Shown: positions 1 to 12,551, counted from the whole stretch's first letter. The stretch is DNA of 62,832 nucleotides, filler included, from Stramenopiles sp. TOSAG23-6 (GCA_900128565.1; 35 parts of 35 records of this genome joined end to end with filler, not necessarily neighbours in it), one strand, 5' to 3'. The notes: generated by a model from the sequence alone, not told the origin. Program-made: numbers and translations.

Positions 1-50
1 CAAAATTTCGTACGAAAAAAAATTCGAATTTGAAAAAAAATAAAACATAC

Positions 51-1710
51 ATGCAACCTATATATAGTTTCGAGAAGAAATGAATTATTGGAGTTGCGAG
101 GAGCATATTCTACCGCCTTTCGAAAATGAGATAAACAAGATGATAGAGAAGAACCAAGTTTTCCTAAAGTTTTTCCAATCATAAAATGAATATGAGAACG
201 TCTTTCACAGTATTTAGACGATGGTTGATTATTCAAAAGTATTAGAGCTTTTTTGTATTGTTCCAAAGCCATTTTAGCAACATTGTAACAATTTCCTCCA
301 GTCAAATCTCCGGCATACTCATCAATTCTCAGAGGATTAGTTATTAAAGCCGAATTATTTGAACTTTCAAGACTTTCAAGATATCCTGATTCCTCTGCCG
401 ATTCGTTTGATTTATTAAGAGCATTTAGATGTAAATTTATAACTTTCATTGTAGTATCATACGTTTTCAAAATAGGTGACGTATTTGAACTTTGTAATCG
501 ACTATAAAGCAAATCACCNATAGTTTCGACCAATCTAGCGCACGAAATATTTCCTAATGCATCAAAAGCATTTTCAAATGTCCCAGCTTTCTCCGGATGA
601 TTAATACATTTTAATGCCATTTTGAAACAACGCATAGCACAATGCCAACTTTTTGTAGCTGTCCATGAACTATGTTGGAATTCAGAGACATCAAGCCCTT
701 CAGGAATTTCAATGTATGTATTTTTATCATCAATATATTTTGAAAATAACAATGTATTTTTTGATCCTTTCATATTCTGCAAAGATTGAAATATTTTCTC
801 CGTCGGTAGGTCTTTTATATTTACTTCATTAATGGATACCAAATACATGTATCGTGAAAAAATATTTTTTTTTTTTTGGTTCAAACAAAAATCGTTAGAT
901 ACAAAATTTTTTATGAAAAAAATAAATTTGAAATTCACGATGAAAANGTACATGCCTACTTTAATAACTTGATCAGTAATTTGTAGAGGTTCTTCACTAA
1001 ATCCACTAACTAATGCACCATAGTGACACCCTTCATTACTAGTATACGCTGGTCTAAATGCTATGCCAATTGGACCTGCATCTACAATAACCGTTACACT
1101 ATTATCTATACTATTTAATGCCAAAGGTTTTTCTGGGCAAAATTTTGAGTACATGTATTTTGGAAAAATATTTCAAAAAAAAATCTAAAAAGAATTGTTA
1201 GGTACGAAATTTCGTATGAAAAAAAANAAANTAGAAATTCGGATAAAACGTACATAATTTCACGATCTATACAGAAATGAAATATTTCTCGAGCACGGCA
1301 ACCTGCTAAATACCAAGATTTATATCTATAGGGATTATACCTTATATCAAAATGGTATAGTAATTTAAGTTCTTCCAAAATACTTAAATAATCTTGTAAA
1401 GACGTCAAATCCGAATTTTTTAGAGTAGGAAATCCTTTTTTGCTTGCAACAAGATTATATAAATCACAATGTGTTCTATATAATGACTTATTAAAACGAT
1501 CACTCGAGCAATCACTTGATGACGAATCAACAAATTCTGGAACGAATTTATATTTATACATATCATACGTATCTCTATTTGTAACAGAAGCATCAGACTC
1601 ACTAGACGTAAAATATATACTTTTCCCACTACACAACCAGTCACCTACGGGATCTTCTGTACAAATTTCGTCACTTACGGAATCATCTGTACAAATTTTC
1701 ACTGTATCAT
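51..1710 (-). CDS. CABIN1/Hir3-like TPR protein (partial; introns 847-951 and 1153-1253) with a PDZ-like insert
   Basis: The spliced translation has FDIRYNPYRYKSWYLAG, AMRCFKMAL, HIHFMIGKTLGK and LETIYRLH in the same order as the CABIN1/Hir3 motifs. Confidence 0.65.
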
Positions 1711-1810
1711 NNNNNNNNNNNNNNNNNNNNNNNNNNNNNNNNNNNNNNNNNNNNTTAATTAATTAANNNNNNNNNNNNNNNNNNNNNNNNNNNNNNNNNN
1801 NNNNNNNNNN
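1711..1810. other. Artificial contig spacer (N44-TTAATTAATTAA-N44), repeated about every 1.8 kb through the window
   Basis: An identical 12-mer with stops in all six frames, flanked by N runs, separates unrelated gene fragments. ORF tails such as 'LIN' are artefacts of it. Confidence 0.97.
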
Positions 1811-3518
1811 TTAATGTTTTGGCTCGAGCTGGAATTCCAAATGAATTGGGTGCCCATTACCGTAACCCTGGTTGGTGGCCTTATCTAGCTTTTATACGTG
1901 ATGACGTTTTTTTAAAATATGATCAGAGGGCGTATATGACTGGACCTCGCCGACATGAAAAATGGGAGGTTGTAGCTCTTTCATTATCAGCCATGCAAGA
2001 AATTCTTGTTTCGTATGCTGTGGATCCTCAATCACCTAAATTTCTCGATGATTTCCAAGAATTATTTTTTGTTGATCCTAGACGTGGATCAACGCGACAA
2101 CCAAAGGCAAAAAGCGCTCCTTTTATACTTCTTCGGGATCTCCTTTCAGGCGGAGCACTTTTACGAACAATCATGGGTGTTTTAATCCATGCCGAGGAAG
2201 ATCTTCGTGCCGAGTTAGGTGGCGAGAGTGGCCCTGGAAAGAATGGAATGACTGCTGATCGTCAACAAGATGTTACTGGAACAGGTATAAATAGCACACG
2301 TGTAAATAACGACCATATTGAAGGTGGCGGTGGTGATAAGTTATACGTCGGTGAAGAGTTGCAACTTTTATATAAAGGTTTGTGGGTTGATGCTGTAGTA
2401 GATAGTTTAGCATTTGAAGGCGATCATAGAAGAGGTGAAGATAATGGTGGATACGTTCGAATTCGTCGATTACACGTCGAGGCTAGTGCTGATGATATAT
2501 ATTATGATGAACATCATCGTGACCGTCATGAAGGTGGCTCGGGTTATTATGGAAACACGCTTGATCGACACGGTAGTGATCGTGATGGTACCATAGATGA
2601 CATAAGAGTACGAGACCCTGCCATGGAATATGTCAAAGTTCGTCATATTCCTCAACGATTGCGACGGTGGAAATGGCAGCCATGGCGTCGTAGGGCCGTA
2701 CAAAAAGCATTACAAATATTGGATACAGTATTGATGAAACAACAGCTCTTTTTAGATCAAAGCAGAAACTCTCCAGTATACGACTCGAGTGATGTGAGAC
2801 CTCTCCACAAGATACTACAACCTGAACATATAATGGCGATTGCAGATCTTATTCATTACAATAATGATCCTACCTCCACCATTCCATTACTCTCAGCTCG
2901 TATTTTGTTTCGATTATCAAAAGAACGCATTAATATGCATATGATCATTAGTGCCCAAGGATTATCAGGAAGTACAAATGATCTTGTTCTTGGATACGCT
3001 GATGTTCTGGCACAAGGTGCCCAACGTCCACCCGCTGTTGCAATTCATATTTCAGATCCGACTCTTGCAGGGTACTTTGAAGGGACTGATCATGCAGGTA
3101 GTGTTGCGGCTGGAGGAAATGTTGACCGAGATCACGAATCACGAAATCATGAATTGGAAGCTGTGGTTCAAACGCGTACTAGATTACAAAGAACTATAAT
3201 AGAGTTGTTACTTTTGAACTTTCACCAACCTGCACCGAATTTGTCACATGTGTTGCTTGGCTTGAAAGGACCAATCGATAATGGTCGAATGGAGTTGGAT
3301 AGATCTCATCCACGGACGTGTTTGCATGTAGTTGCATTGCTTTTAGAAGATACTGGTCTTGCATTTCGTGATCCACAATTGGCAGAAAGTTGTGCTCAGT
3401 TACTCTATGAAATGTGTTCAAATCGTGCCACAGCTCATTGTACGAGCCGATTTCTTCGACATTATAGGCATACTAACTACTTCGCTATGCAATTGAGTCG
3501 TATTCCTAAATACATTAC
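1811..3518 (+). CDS. NUP205: Nucleoporin Nup205/Nup192 (internal fragment)
   Basis: PYLAFIRDDVFLKYDQRAY...EKWEV, PAPNLSHVLLG and PRTCLH match Nup205 blocks. Confidence 0.85.
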
Positions 3519-3618
3519 NNNNNNNNNNNNNNNNNNNNNNNNNNNNNNNNNNNNNNNNNNNNTTAATTAATTAANNNNNNNNNNNNNNNNNNNNNNNNNN
3601 NNNNNNNNNNNNNNNNNN

Positions 3619-3753
3619 CAAGAATTCAAAAAACAGGGTATTTTCAGCGCCTTGAACCTTGCTCGATTCACCCGCAATAAACACACTTATACCTGCGTTA
3701 GCAAGGGAAGCTAACGCCATCAACAGCACACATCTCCACGTAAATGCCACCAT
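3619..3753 (-). CDS. N-terminus of a secreted protein
   Basis: MVAFTWRCVLLMALASLANA is signal-peptide-like; truncated by the contig end. Confidence 0.4.
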
Positions 3754-4120
3754 GTTCGCTCGGAGGGTCTTGCGGACGATTGTTGCAACCCTGGTCACTA
3801 TTATTCTTCCCACAGTTCAAAATTGAAACGGCGAGATAGAAAGTTTTGAAAGAAGGCAGCGTTACGTCACCAGAACCTCGGGGACTTCCACCTTGGGTGT
3901 GTTAATCAAATGCAGAAACGAAGACTAAATGCAAATAAATTCCGTATGACTGTATATAATCTTGCCTATTTGTTTTCTTAACTGTGTTTATTGAATACGG
4001 AATCGTTTCTATATTTTGGATTTATATTTACAGTATACCATGGAATAATCAAACTCACAAAAACAACTATTCACAAAATCAACAAAATATTTTATTATTA
4101 TTTTTTATTATTATTATTAG

Positions 4121-4560
4121 TAGAGAAGAATAGAGAGGGAGGACGGAGGGAGGGAGGACGGAAGAGGAAGGATGAAAGAAGAAAGAAGAAAGAAGAAAGA
4201 AAGAAGAAAGAAAGAGAAGAGGCTTTTTTTTGTTTTATATTCCTTCTTCTTACTGTACTGTATTATTATTATTTTTATTTTAAATTATAGTTTGTGATAA
4301 TAGCGCTAACTGGAGGAGTGTGTTATTGTACTTTCTAGTTTATATTTTGTATTCTACTATATCCCTACCTATCTGTACATTTACTTATAAGAATAGGGTT
4401 TTAAAACTATTATAAAGAGTAGAGAAAGAAGAAGAAGAAGAATGAGAGGTTTGTTTTCTATAAATCTCTAATAAAATATAAATATCTCATCTCCTCTCCG
4501 TCTTCCTTCTTCCTCCTTCCTTCCTTCCTTCCTTCCTTCCTTCCTCCCCTTCTTCTTCTC
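4121..4560. repeat. GA/TC-rich and TAT low-complexity microsatellites
   Basis: Runs of AAGAAAG, CTTC and TAT in intergenic DNA. Confidence 0.7.
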
Positions 4561-4866
4561 ACTTTTTCTCGTCGTTGGAATGAGCCGCCGCCGTGGTGTG
4601 TTGTTACCAAGGTAGAAGTAAAAAAATATAATAGTTCTTATTAAATTATTATTGCGAATTGATTTTCTTGTTTTAACATGTACAGAATTATTACCTCCAA
4701 ATGTAAACGAAGAGAAGTAAAGTATACGTGTGTGTGGTAAACTGTTTGTTCCTGTGGATTGGTCAAGGTTGTGGGTAACTGTTTCGTTTTTTGCCAAAGC
4801 ATTCTCTTTTAAAGAAAGAGCGAACGTTGGTGTTTCTTCGCGTGCCCCCCAGCCAGCCAGCCAGCC

Positions 4867-5326
4867 ATGAGGCCCTCCCTTTTCCTGGAGCTTGTGTTGG
4901 TGCTTGCTTTGGGTTTTCTGGGGGTTATTTACGTTCGGGCAGACGCCTCTCGAGATATTGTCCCGACGTTGTCTACCACAAACCAATACATTGTGTCATT
5001 TCACGACTATCACGACGTCGATCGCCACGAGACTATTCTTGCGGGCATACTAGGCTCTCAGAGCAACGGGGCGTGGCAGCACGTTCCAAGAAAGAACTTG
5101 GCAACCAAAGCCTTCCCCAGCGATTTTGCTTTGGTGTTTCTCGGGAGGTTGGAATCGCAGGCAAAGAAGTTGCTGGCGCACCACATCGTGAAACGGGTCT
5201 CGGCCGAACAAAAGTATTCGGGAAAACCCGCTGCCCCGCAGCACAAAAATAGACGAGCGCAGTTCGGGAGGGCCTCCCTTGGCCTGTCGTGGTCCCGTTC
5301 CGTGAGAGACGGCGCGACGGCAGGGG
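4867..5326 (+). CDS. MBTPS1: Site-1 protease (SKI-1/S1P) signal peptide and prodomain, 5' fragment
   Basis: YIVSFHDY, WQHVPRKN, FPSDFALV and HHIVKRVSAEQK match the S1P prodomain. Confidence 0.8.
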
Positions 5327-5699
5327 NNNNNNNNNNNNNNNNNNNNNNNNNNNNNNNNNNNNNNNNNNNNTTAATTAATTAANNNNNNNNNNNNNNNNNN
5401 NNNNNNNNNNNNNNNNNNNNNNNNNNTCTTGCAAATTGAAGAAAAAATCACTTAGGTACGGAATTTGGTACAAAAAAAAAAGAAAGAAAATCGAATTTTT
5501 TGGCCAAAGAGGTCCAACCGACAGGATTGCAAGTTACCGGGATTTATCAGAATTAATTTTTTTCAAAAATATTGATGTGCACACAAAATTTAAACCATTC
5601 ATTGGTCACTGATCTGATCATCAGAGTCGAACTGGTACCACTAGCTATTATTATAGCGCGACGAACTTTACAGTTTTTCACTACGGGCATAGTTTGAAA

Positions 5700-7047
5700 A
5701 TGGGCGGGTTTGCATCATTGTATCGTATAACATATAACATTGGTTGTGCTTTAGGTTGGGGATACATTGGTTTCCTACTCGTAAACTTATATCAAGCTGA
5801 TGGCTCATTTGCGAATGGAGATAAAGTGCATTATGCTATCTGGCCCACACTTCGCGTTGTTCAAACTGCAGCTATTCTTGAGATTTTTCATTCACTTATT
5901 GGAATGGTACGGTCTCCTATTGTTCCAGTTTTTCTACAAGTTTCATCTCGCCTGATATGTATCTGGATCACGTTATACAATTCACCAGCAGCGCAGGATC
6001 ATTGGTCTCTGGCGTTAATGGTTGGCAGCTGGTCTGTCGTGGAAGTACCTCGTTATCTTTTCTATGCAGCAAATGAAATTACCAAAGGCGGCACTGAAAA
6101 CGTGTGGTTTCCTCTTTTCTGGATAAGGTACTCCGCTTTCATCTTGTTATATCCTTCAGGGATTACTGGAGAGATGGTACAAATGTTGGTTAGTTTTCCT
6201 TATTTTATATCCGAGTTTGACAACCCAAAAAACAAGTTAATCGCTTTTATTTACCGTTTTATAGGTATTCTGTTTGTATCCTATTTTTTCCTGGGACCAT
6301 TTATGATACTTAATATGTGGAGTAATAGAAAACGTGCGTTTCAAAAACGAAATTCTTCTAACTCCACTTCAAACACTTCTCGAACTCCTGTAAAAGGCAT
6401 CGTGTGGCCGGTGACGAATAAAATTACTGGCGCTCGAAGTACGATGTATACGAATCAAGCAATATTTGCTGCTAGTTTGAAAGGCTTGGATGATTATCTT
6501 GGCGATTTAATTCTCCACGAGAAAAATTGGAGGAAAAACTACATCAAATATATGTATGTTTTATTTTTTTTTTTAAACAAAAAAATCGATTTTTTTTCGT
6601 ACGAAATTTTGTACCTAACGACTTTTTTTTGAAATATTTTTCCAAAATATATGAACGATTGTGTACGTCTTAGTCTTACCAGTGAAAGTCATGCACTACA
6701 AATTGCCAAGCAAGGCCTGGAAGCAGCCCATAAATTATTCCAATTTCAGCCTGAACATACTGCTGAAATGGAATCAGTGTCATTTGCTGAAGTCATGAAA
6801 ACTGATGCGCTTAAGAACAACCAAATATTTCTAACGGGAAATATCATTGGACAACAAGATAAACCAAAACATTTTGGGTTGGAGATTCCTTGTATGTTTT
6901 CATTGTTACTTAAAAAAGATATATTTCATAGTAAATTTTGTACCTAACGAATTTTTTTTGAGTATTCTTTCATAATACATACGAACAGGGAGCTTCAGGA
7001 AAGCCTTATAACCTATACCAAGACAAATCTCATCCATTGAGAGGAAT
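5700..7047 (+). CDS. HACD: Very-long-chain 3-hydroxyacyl-CoA dehydratase (PTPLA/PHS1) with a long C-terminal extra domain; introns 6554-6652 and 6892-6980; partial
   Basis: QTAAILEIFH, LQVSSR, EVPRY and WIRYSAFILLYPSGITGE are PTPLA motifs. The frame continues past the usual C-terminus. Confidence 0.85.
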
Positions 7048-7288
7048 GTATGTTTTTTTTTTCAAATTCCAATTTTTGTTTCGTACGAAATTTTGTACCT
7101 AACGAATTTTTTTTTGAAATATTTTTCCAAAATNNNNNNNNNNNNNNNNNNNNNNNNNNNNNNNNNNNNNNNNNNNNTTAATTAATTAANNNNNNNNNNN
7201 NNNNNNNNNNNNNNNNNNNNNNNNNNNNNNNNNGTACAAAATTTCGTACGAAAAATAAATTCGAAATTGAAACAAAAATAAAACATAC

Positions 7289-8179
7289 CCTTCTTCTTGC
7301 TCTTTGTATCATCCATAATTCCCTTCGCTCTCTCTCTGCTATTTCTTTGTTTGTTTCTTTACGAAATGTCTGTTTTTTAAAAGTAAGATTATTTCTTCTT
7401 GGGCGATTACCGGATTTCTTCGAACGACTTTTTAATTTTTTTTCCAAGATTTTTAATTTTTCACGAGCAGCTTCTTCTTTAGCTTCTTTAGCTTTTTTTG
7501 CTTCGTTTTTATTTGACACTTTCTTTTTATTACGAATATTATTTTCATGAACTATAGTTGTATATGGTTGTAATTGATTCATTCGTAATCCATTTCCTTC
7601 AATGCCCAGATCTACAGTTCGATCTTCAAGGTTTTCTATAGTAGATTTTATTTTTTCTGATAATTTTGTGTAACAAACATCAAAAGTCCCATCTTCAACT
7701 ATTTCTACAATAGTACATTTTGTCCAACATTGTCCTGTATATGCAAACTCATTACTCTCTACAATATCACCTACACGAAAATCCCAAAACTGTCTTACTT
7801 CTTTAGAATGTTTGTCGAATTCTTCGTCTCCATCTTCATACTTTATATCATACCTATACTCTCTATTTCCTATCTTTTTAGCTCTCAGAATTTTACCTCG
7901 AAACCAATCATTTCCACCGGCATATAAACCAACTATATTGTCGCCCTTTGTGTAATGATCTTTGCATAAGAGGCGTTTTTCTTTCGCCTGGATAGTCTCT
8001 TCGAGATCGTCAAGTACATTTCTAGGGCGAATGAACGAATTTTGAACGCCTTCCTCTTGGTCACCATCCTCATAGGTTAAAGTAAATGTACCATTCGCAT
8101 GAACCATTGTCACTCGCGCACTAAACCAGACTCCATTCCCACCATAATTTCCATCCACTGCATCTCCAAGCTGAAACAT
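7289..8179 (-). CDS. Multi-Tudor/Agenet domain protein (5' part)
   Basis: Three GDxV...W..xxI...F/Y.x.YEDGD.E-type repeats. Confidence 0.75.
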
Positions 8180-8480
8180 AATACATACAGCCGTTTAGTT
8201 TGAAGATACTACGTATAGTAGTCTTCTTTACATCAACAGAATCTTTTGACTGGGCACAGGTACCGGGTATCATACGCATGGAAAAAGAAGAAAAAATGTG
8301 ATGATATAATTTAAAACTCTGGAATGAATTTAAGTTGGATGATTTTGAAAACATAAAATATAGATGTTAAATAGTATACAGAATAATAATAATCAACATT
8401 ACAAATCAAATAAAATAGTATAGCTTTATATTCAAGAAGAGATTACACAATCAATCTAGGCTGCCAATAATTATACAATA

Positions 8481-8939
8481 TTATGGAAACGATTCATCTA
8501 TAACTGCTTCTGCCATTCGTATTATTTGATGTTGTGTTCTTTTCAATCGAGCTGAAGCATGAAGTATTGGGCTGAAAGGGGGGTTATATATTATAGTATA
8601 ACTTTTGCCTGCATTTAATGCAGTTTTCACTGCTGCCAAAACAATTTCTAAATCATCCTTCATTTCATCTGAAGCATACTGCAAAGCATGGCCCTCTTTT
8701 TTCACTGCTGCCATAACAATTTCTAAATTATTCTTCATTTCATCGGAAGCATACTGCAAAGCATAACCATGCTTTTTCACTGCTGCCATAACAATTTCTA
8801 AATTATTCTTCATTTCATCTGAAGCATACTCCAAAGCATGGCCATTATTTTTCACTGATGCCATAACAACTTTAAAGTTATTCTTCATTTCATCTGAAGC
8901 ATACTGCAAAACATCACCATCATTTTTCACTGCTGCCAT
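8481..8939 (-). CDS. DUF4116-type 25-aa repeat protein, C-terminus
   Basis: Tandem AVKxxGxALQYASDEMKNNLEIVM repeats (75-bp units). Confidence 0.85.
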   Translation of the reverse strand: MAAVKNDGDVLQYASDEMKNNFKVVMASVKNNGHALEYASDEMKNNLEIVMAAVKKHGYALQYASDEMKNNLEIVMAAVKKEGHALQYASDEMKDDLEIVLAAVKTALNAGKSYTIIYNPPFSPILHASARLKRTQHQIIRMAEAVIDESFP

Positions 8940-9039
8940 NNNNNNNNNNNNNNNNNNNNNNNNNNNNNNNNNNNNNNNNNNNNTTAATTAATTAANNNNN
9001 NNNNNNNNNNNNNNNNNNNNNNNNNNNNNNNNNNNNNNN

Positions 9040-9070
<31 letters not shown>

Positions 9071-9202
9071 TACGAAATTTTGTACCTAACAAAAAAAAAT
9101 ATAAAAATATTTTTTTTTTTTTCAATTTCGAATTTGTTTTTTTTGTACGAAATTTTGTACCTAACAAAAACAAATATAAAAATATATTTTTTCACAATAC
9201 AT

Positions 9203-10175
9203 ATTGCTTCAAGACAAGAAATTTTGTCATATACTGGTCATATTGTGTTTGAACCAAAAGATACAAAAAATACAAAAAATACAAAAAATACAAAAAATAC
9301 AAAAAATACTGAAAATAAAATGACAATTCAGAGTATTTCATTTGTAGAACGTATCCATGTGGCATCGACTATACCAAATAATTCACGAAGGACTTGTACG
9401 TTTTTATTATGAATTTCTATTTTTTTTTTTTCATACGAAATTTTGTACCTAACAAAAAAATTTATGATTTTTTTGAAGATTTTTTTAAGATTTCTTTTTT
9501 TTTCAAAGTGTTTATTCTATTTTCACAATGAATGACTCACAAAAAAATAATAAATTTGACTTATTTTTCCAAAATACAGTAGTACCATTACGTAAATATT
9601 GTGGTAGTGATTATAATGATAATTCATCAACTATTATTTTAGCAATGCCACCAAAATATTCACAACAATCAAAAGTGTTAGGGGTATCATCAAAATCATC
9701 AAATATAGAAAAATCTATACCAAAACCAAATTCAATATTGAATAATGATCCAATTACAAATGAAATTTTTATGAATGTATGTTTTATTTTTTTACAAAAA
9801 AATCAATTTTTTTTTTCGTACGAAATTTTGTACCTAACGATTTTTTTTTTGAAATATTTTTACAAAATACATGTTTCTTCTGATATTTTATCTTTTGGTA
9901 AATATTCAAAGAATAAAACAATTCAAAATAAAAAATCAAAAAATAATGTATATGATATGAAGAAAGAATTAACGGTTTTACAAGACAATTTAAATAATGA
10001 AATTGAAAAAACAAAAAAATGGAAAAAAATTGTAAATGAAATTTTTCAATTTTCAGTGAATGAAAATTTTCCAACACAAAAAAATAGAAATAATATTGAT
10101 GAAATTGATATAAAACGTAAACAACAAAGTGAAAGTCAGCAAAATTCGTCTCGTACAAAAAGATTAAAATTGTAA
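9203..10175 (+). CDS. Unknown protein, 3' exons (introns 9396-9579 and 9777-9872)
   Basis: The frame is continuous after removing the family introns; stop codon at 10173-10175. Confidence 0.55.
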
Positions 10176-10359
10176 AAATAAATTATTATTTAAAAAATTT
10201 CAAATTTGTGAATTTTTTCAATTTCTTTAAAATGTTTCGTTACCAGGTACCCTTTTTTTTCAAATTTTTATGAATTTTATTTTACACTTTTTCAAGTTTT
10301 CGACAAATAAAATAAAATATACTTGTTGTTTCTCTTGTTTATAAAAAAATAATCTAGAG

Positions 10360-10745
10360 ATGATGCAACAAGAAATACCTGACGATTTACTATGCCCTAT
10401 TACACATGAATTATTCAAGGATCCTGTGTTTGTTGCGGATGGTCATACGTATGAACGATCTGCAATTTTGCGCCACTTTCAAACAAAAAGTACGTCACCT
10501 TATACAAATGAAGTGTTGCCGCATTTAAATCTTGTGCCAAACTGTCTTTGTAAATCACGATGTATGGAATGGAAGCAACAACAAGATAATAAAACAACTG
10601 ATGTTGATGCATTATTATGGAAATGTTTTCAAGGGAAAAATTCAACAGACATTATAAAGGCTATTACACAAATGATTGAGTTGGTCACAGAGTCTGATTC
10701 TTGTACTCTTCAAATGTCAAGTCTTGATAAGTTGAAATCAGTTTT
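10360..10745 (+). CDS. U-box E3 ligase protein, N-terminus
   Basis: IPDDLLCPITHELFKDPVFVADGHTYERSAI is the U-box signature. Confidence 0.9.
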
Positions 10746-10933
10746 NNNNNNNNNNNNNNNNNNNNNNNNNNNNNNNNNNNNNNNNNNNNTTAATTAATTA
10801 ANNNNNNNNNNNNNNNNNNNNNNNNNNNNNNNNNNNNNNNNNNNNTATTTCAAAAAAAATCTAAAAAAAATCGTTAGGTACAAAATTTCGTACGAAAAAA
10901 AAATCGAATTTGAAGAAAAAATATAAAACATAC

Positions 10934-12351
10934 ATGACCTAAACGTTTCCCCGTAGCTTTGTCTCTTTCTATAATATTAGCTGCAATGTCTATTGGCTTT
11001 GTACTCGAAAAATTATCTGCGATTGAAGCAAAAACAGCAGCAGAAGTGTGAAAACATATAAAGCGAACAACTGGAAGCCAACTACGTCTGCATGTATTTT
11101 GGAAAAATATCTTTTTTTTTTTGAAATATTTTTTTTAGGTACAAATTTTGGTACAAAAAAAAATCGAAATTTGAATTTTGAAATTTGAAATCAAAGATGA
11201 AATGAGAGATGAAAAAATACATGCCCAATGTAAGCAATTATCACCTGAGGAATCTTGTTTCGTGACATCAGCACCACATTCTACTAGAATTTTGATAATT
11301 TTTAATCTGTCATTCATATATCCAATATGTATTTTGGGAAATATATAAAATGTTTTTGATTTTTTTTATTAGATACAACACTTTTGAAATACCTACAAAA
11401 AAAAATCGTAAAGTACAAAATTCCGTACGAAAAAAACATACATTATTGCGACAAGCTTCAATGACCGGCGTAGTTCTTGAGTTGACAGAGTCTGTGACAT
11501 GTATTTTGAAAAAATATTTCAAAAAAAAAAATAATTTTTGTTAGGTACAAATTTTTTATAAAAAAATAAATTCGAAATTGAAAAAAAAAAACATACATTA
11601 ACAAATCGTTCAACTCTTGCCTCTCCATGATGTCGTCGCACATAGCTGATAAGATATTCAATTAATTCTACATGACCATACAACGCAGCATAATGAAGTA
11701 ATGTGTTTCCGCCATCATGCAGTGTGAAAAAATATTTAACAAAACAAAATTCGTCAAAAAATTCGTTAGGTACAAAATTTCGTACGAAAAAAATTAATGA
11801 AAACGTACATGTTCATTGTGACTAAAAATGGAAAAACGATGAGTTTCTATAAACGTCTCGACTGCCCCTGTATCGCCACATACTGCAGCTTCAAAGCAAT
11901 CTTTGTAATGTTGCTTATATCCTAGTTGCTTCGATGTTCGAGTCTCTTCTTTTTTAGTCTGTCCTTCACGAATAATTTTTAATCTATTCATAATCAAGTC
12001 AGAATCTGATTGAATAACAGTTGAAAAATTCCAAACATCTTTTGCACGGTCAAGTCTATTTAGACAACGTTTTGTATATCCACTATATCGTTTGTGACCG
12101 TACATTTCATTTGCTTTTGCTCTGTCCATTTTCCATGCTTTCATTTGAGCTTCTTCAAAGCGTTTCATTCGACCTGCACGAATCTCTTGGAGGTTGATTT
12201 CATTATCTTTATTGATATCAAAATCTTTAACATCATCAGCGCTAATGTTTAACTTTGCTCCCTTTTCAGTTTTTTTTGACTTTTTCGATTTCCATGATCT
12301 TTCTGTCATATGAGAGAAAGACGTTTCAGCATTAATCTTGGCGTCTTCCAT
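10934..12351 (-). CDS. Ankyrin repeat protein (introns 11092-11220, 11327-11441, 11499-11596, 11717-11808)
   Basis: Splicing gives GNTLLHYAALYGH, TTPVIEAC and GDNCLHWACRRS. All four introns end in AT. Confidence 0.85.
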
Positions 12352-12486
12352 TCTTACAATAATTAAGATAACTAAAAAAGGAATTGTTGGATTATCCCTT
12401 TTTTTTTTTTTTTGACTGAGTAACGACAGTTACGCGCTCTCTCTCTCTCTCTCTCTCTGATAAATTTGAGCAGGTTTGTTCAAAAA

Positions 12487-12551
12487 AGCTGAAAGAAGCT
12501 TGAAAGAAGCTTGAAAGAAGCTTGAAAGAAGCTTGAAAGAAGCTTGAAAGA
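12487..12551. repeat. 11-bp tandem repeat (GAAAGAAGCTT)n
   Basis: About five copies running into the contig end. Confidence 0.85.

Noticed and set aside
847-951. Ciliate-style DNA-eliminated sequences (IES) with pointers
   Set aside because: Co-orientation with host transcription, plus donor and branch motifs, favours RNA splicing. It is not formally excluded without read data.
1755-1766. Recurrent TTAATTAATTAA as a biological motif
   Set aside because: It is always centred in N padding, so it is an artificial six-frame stop linker.
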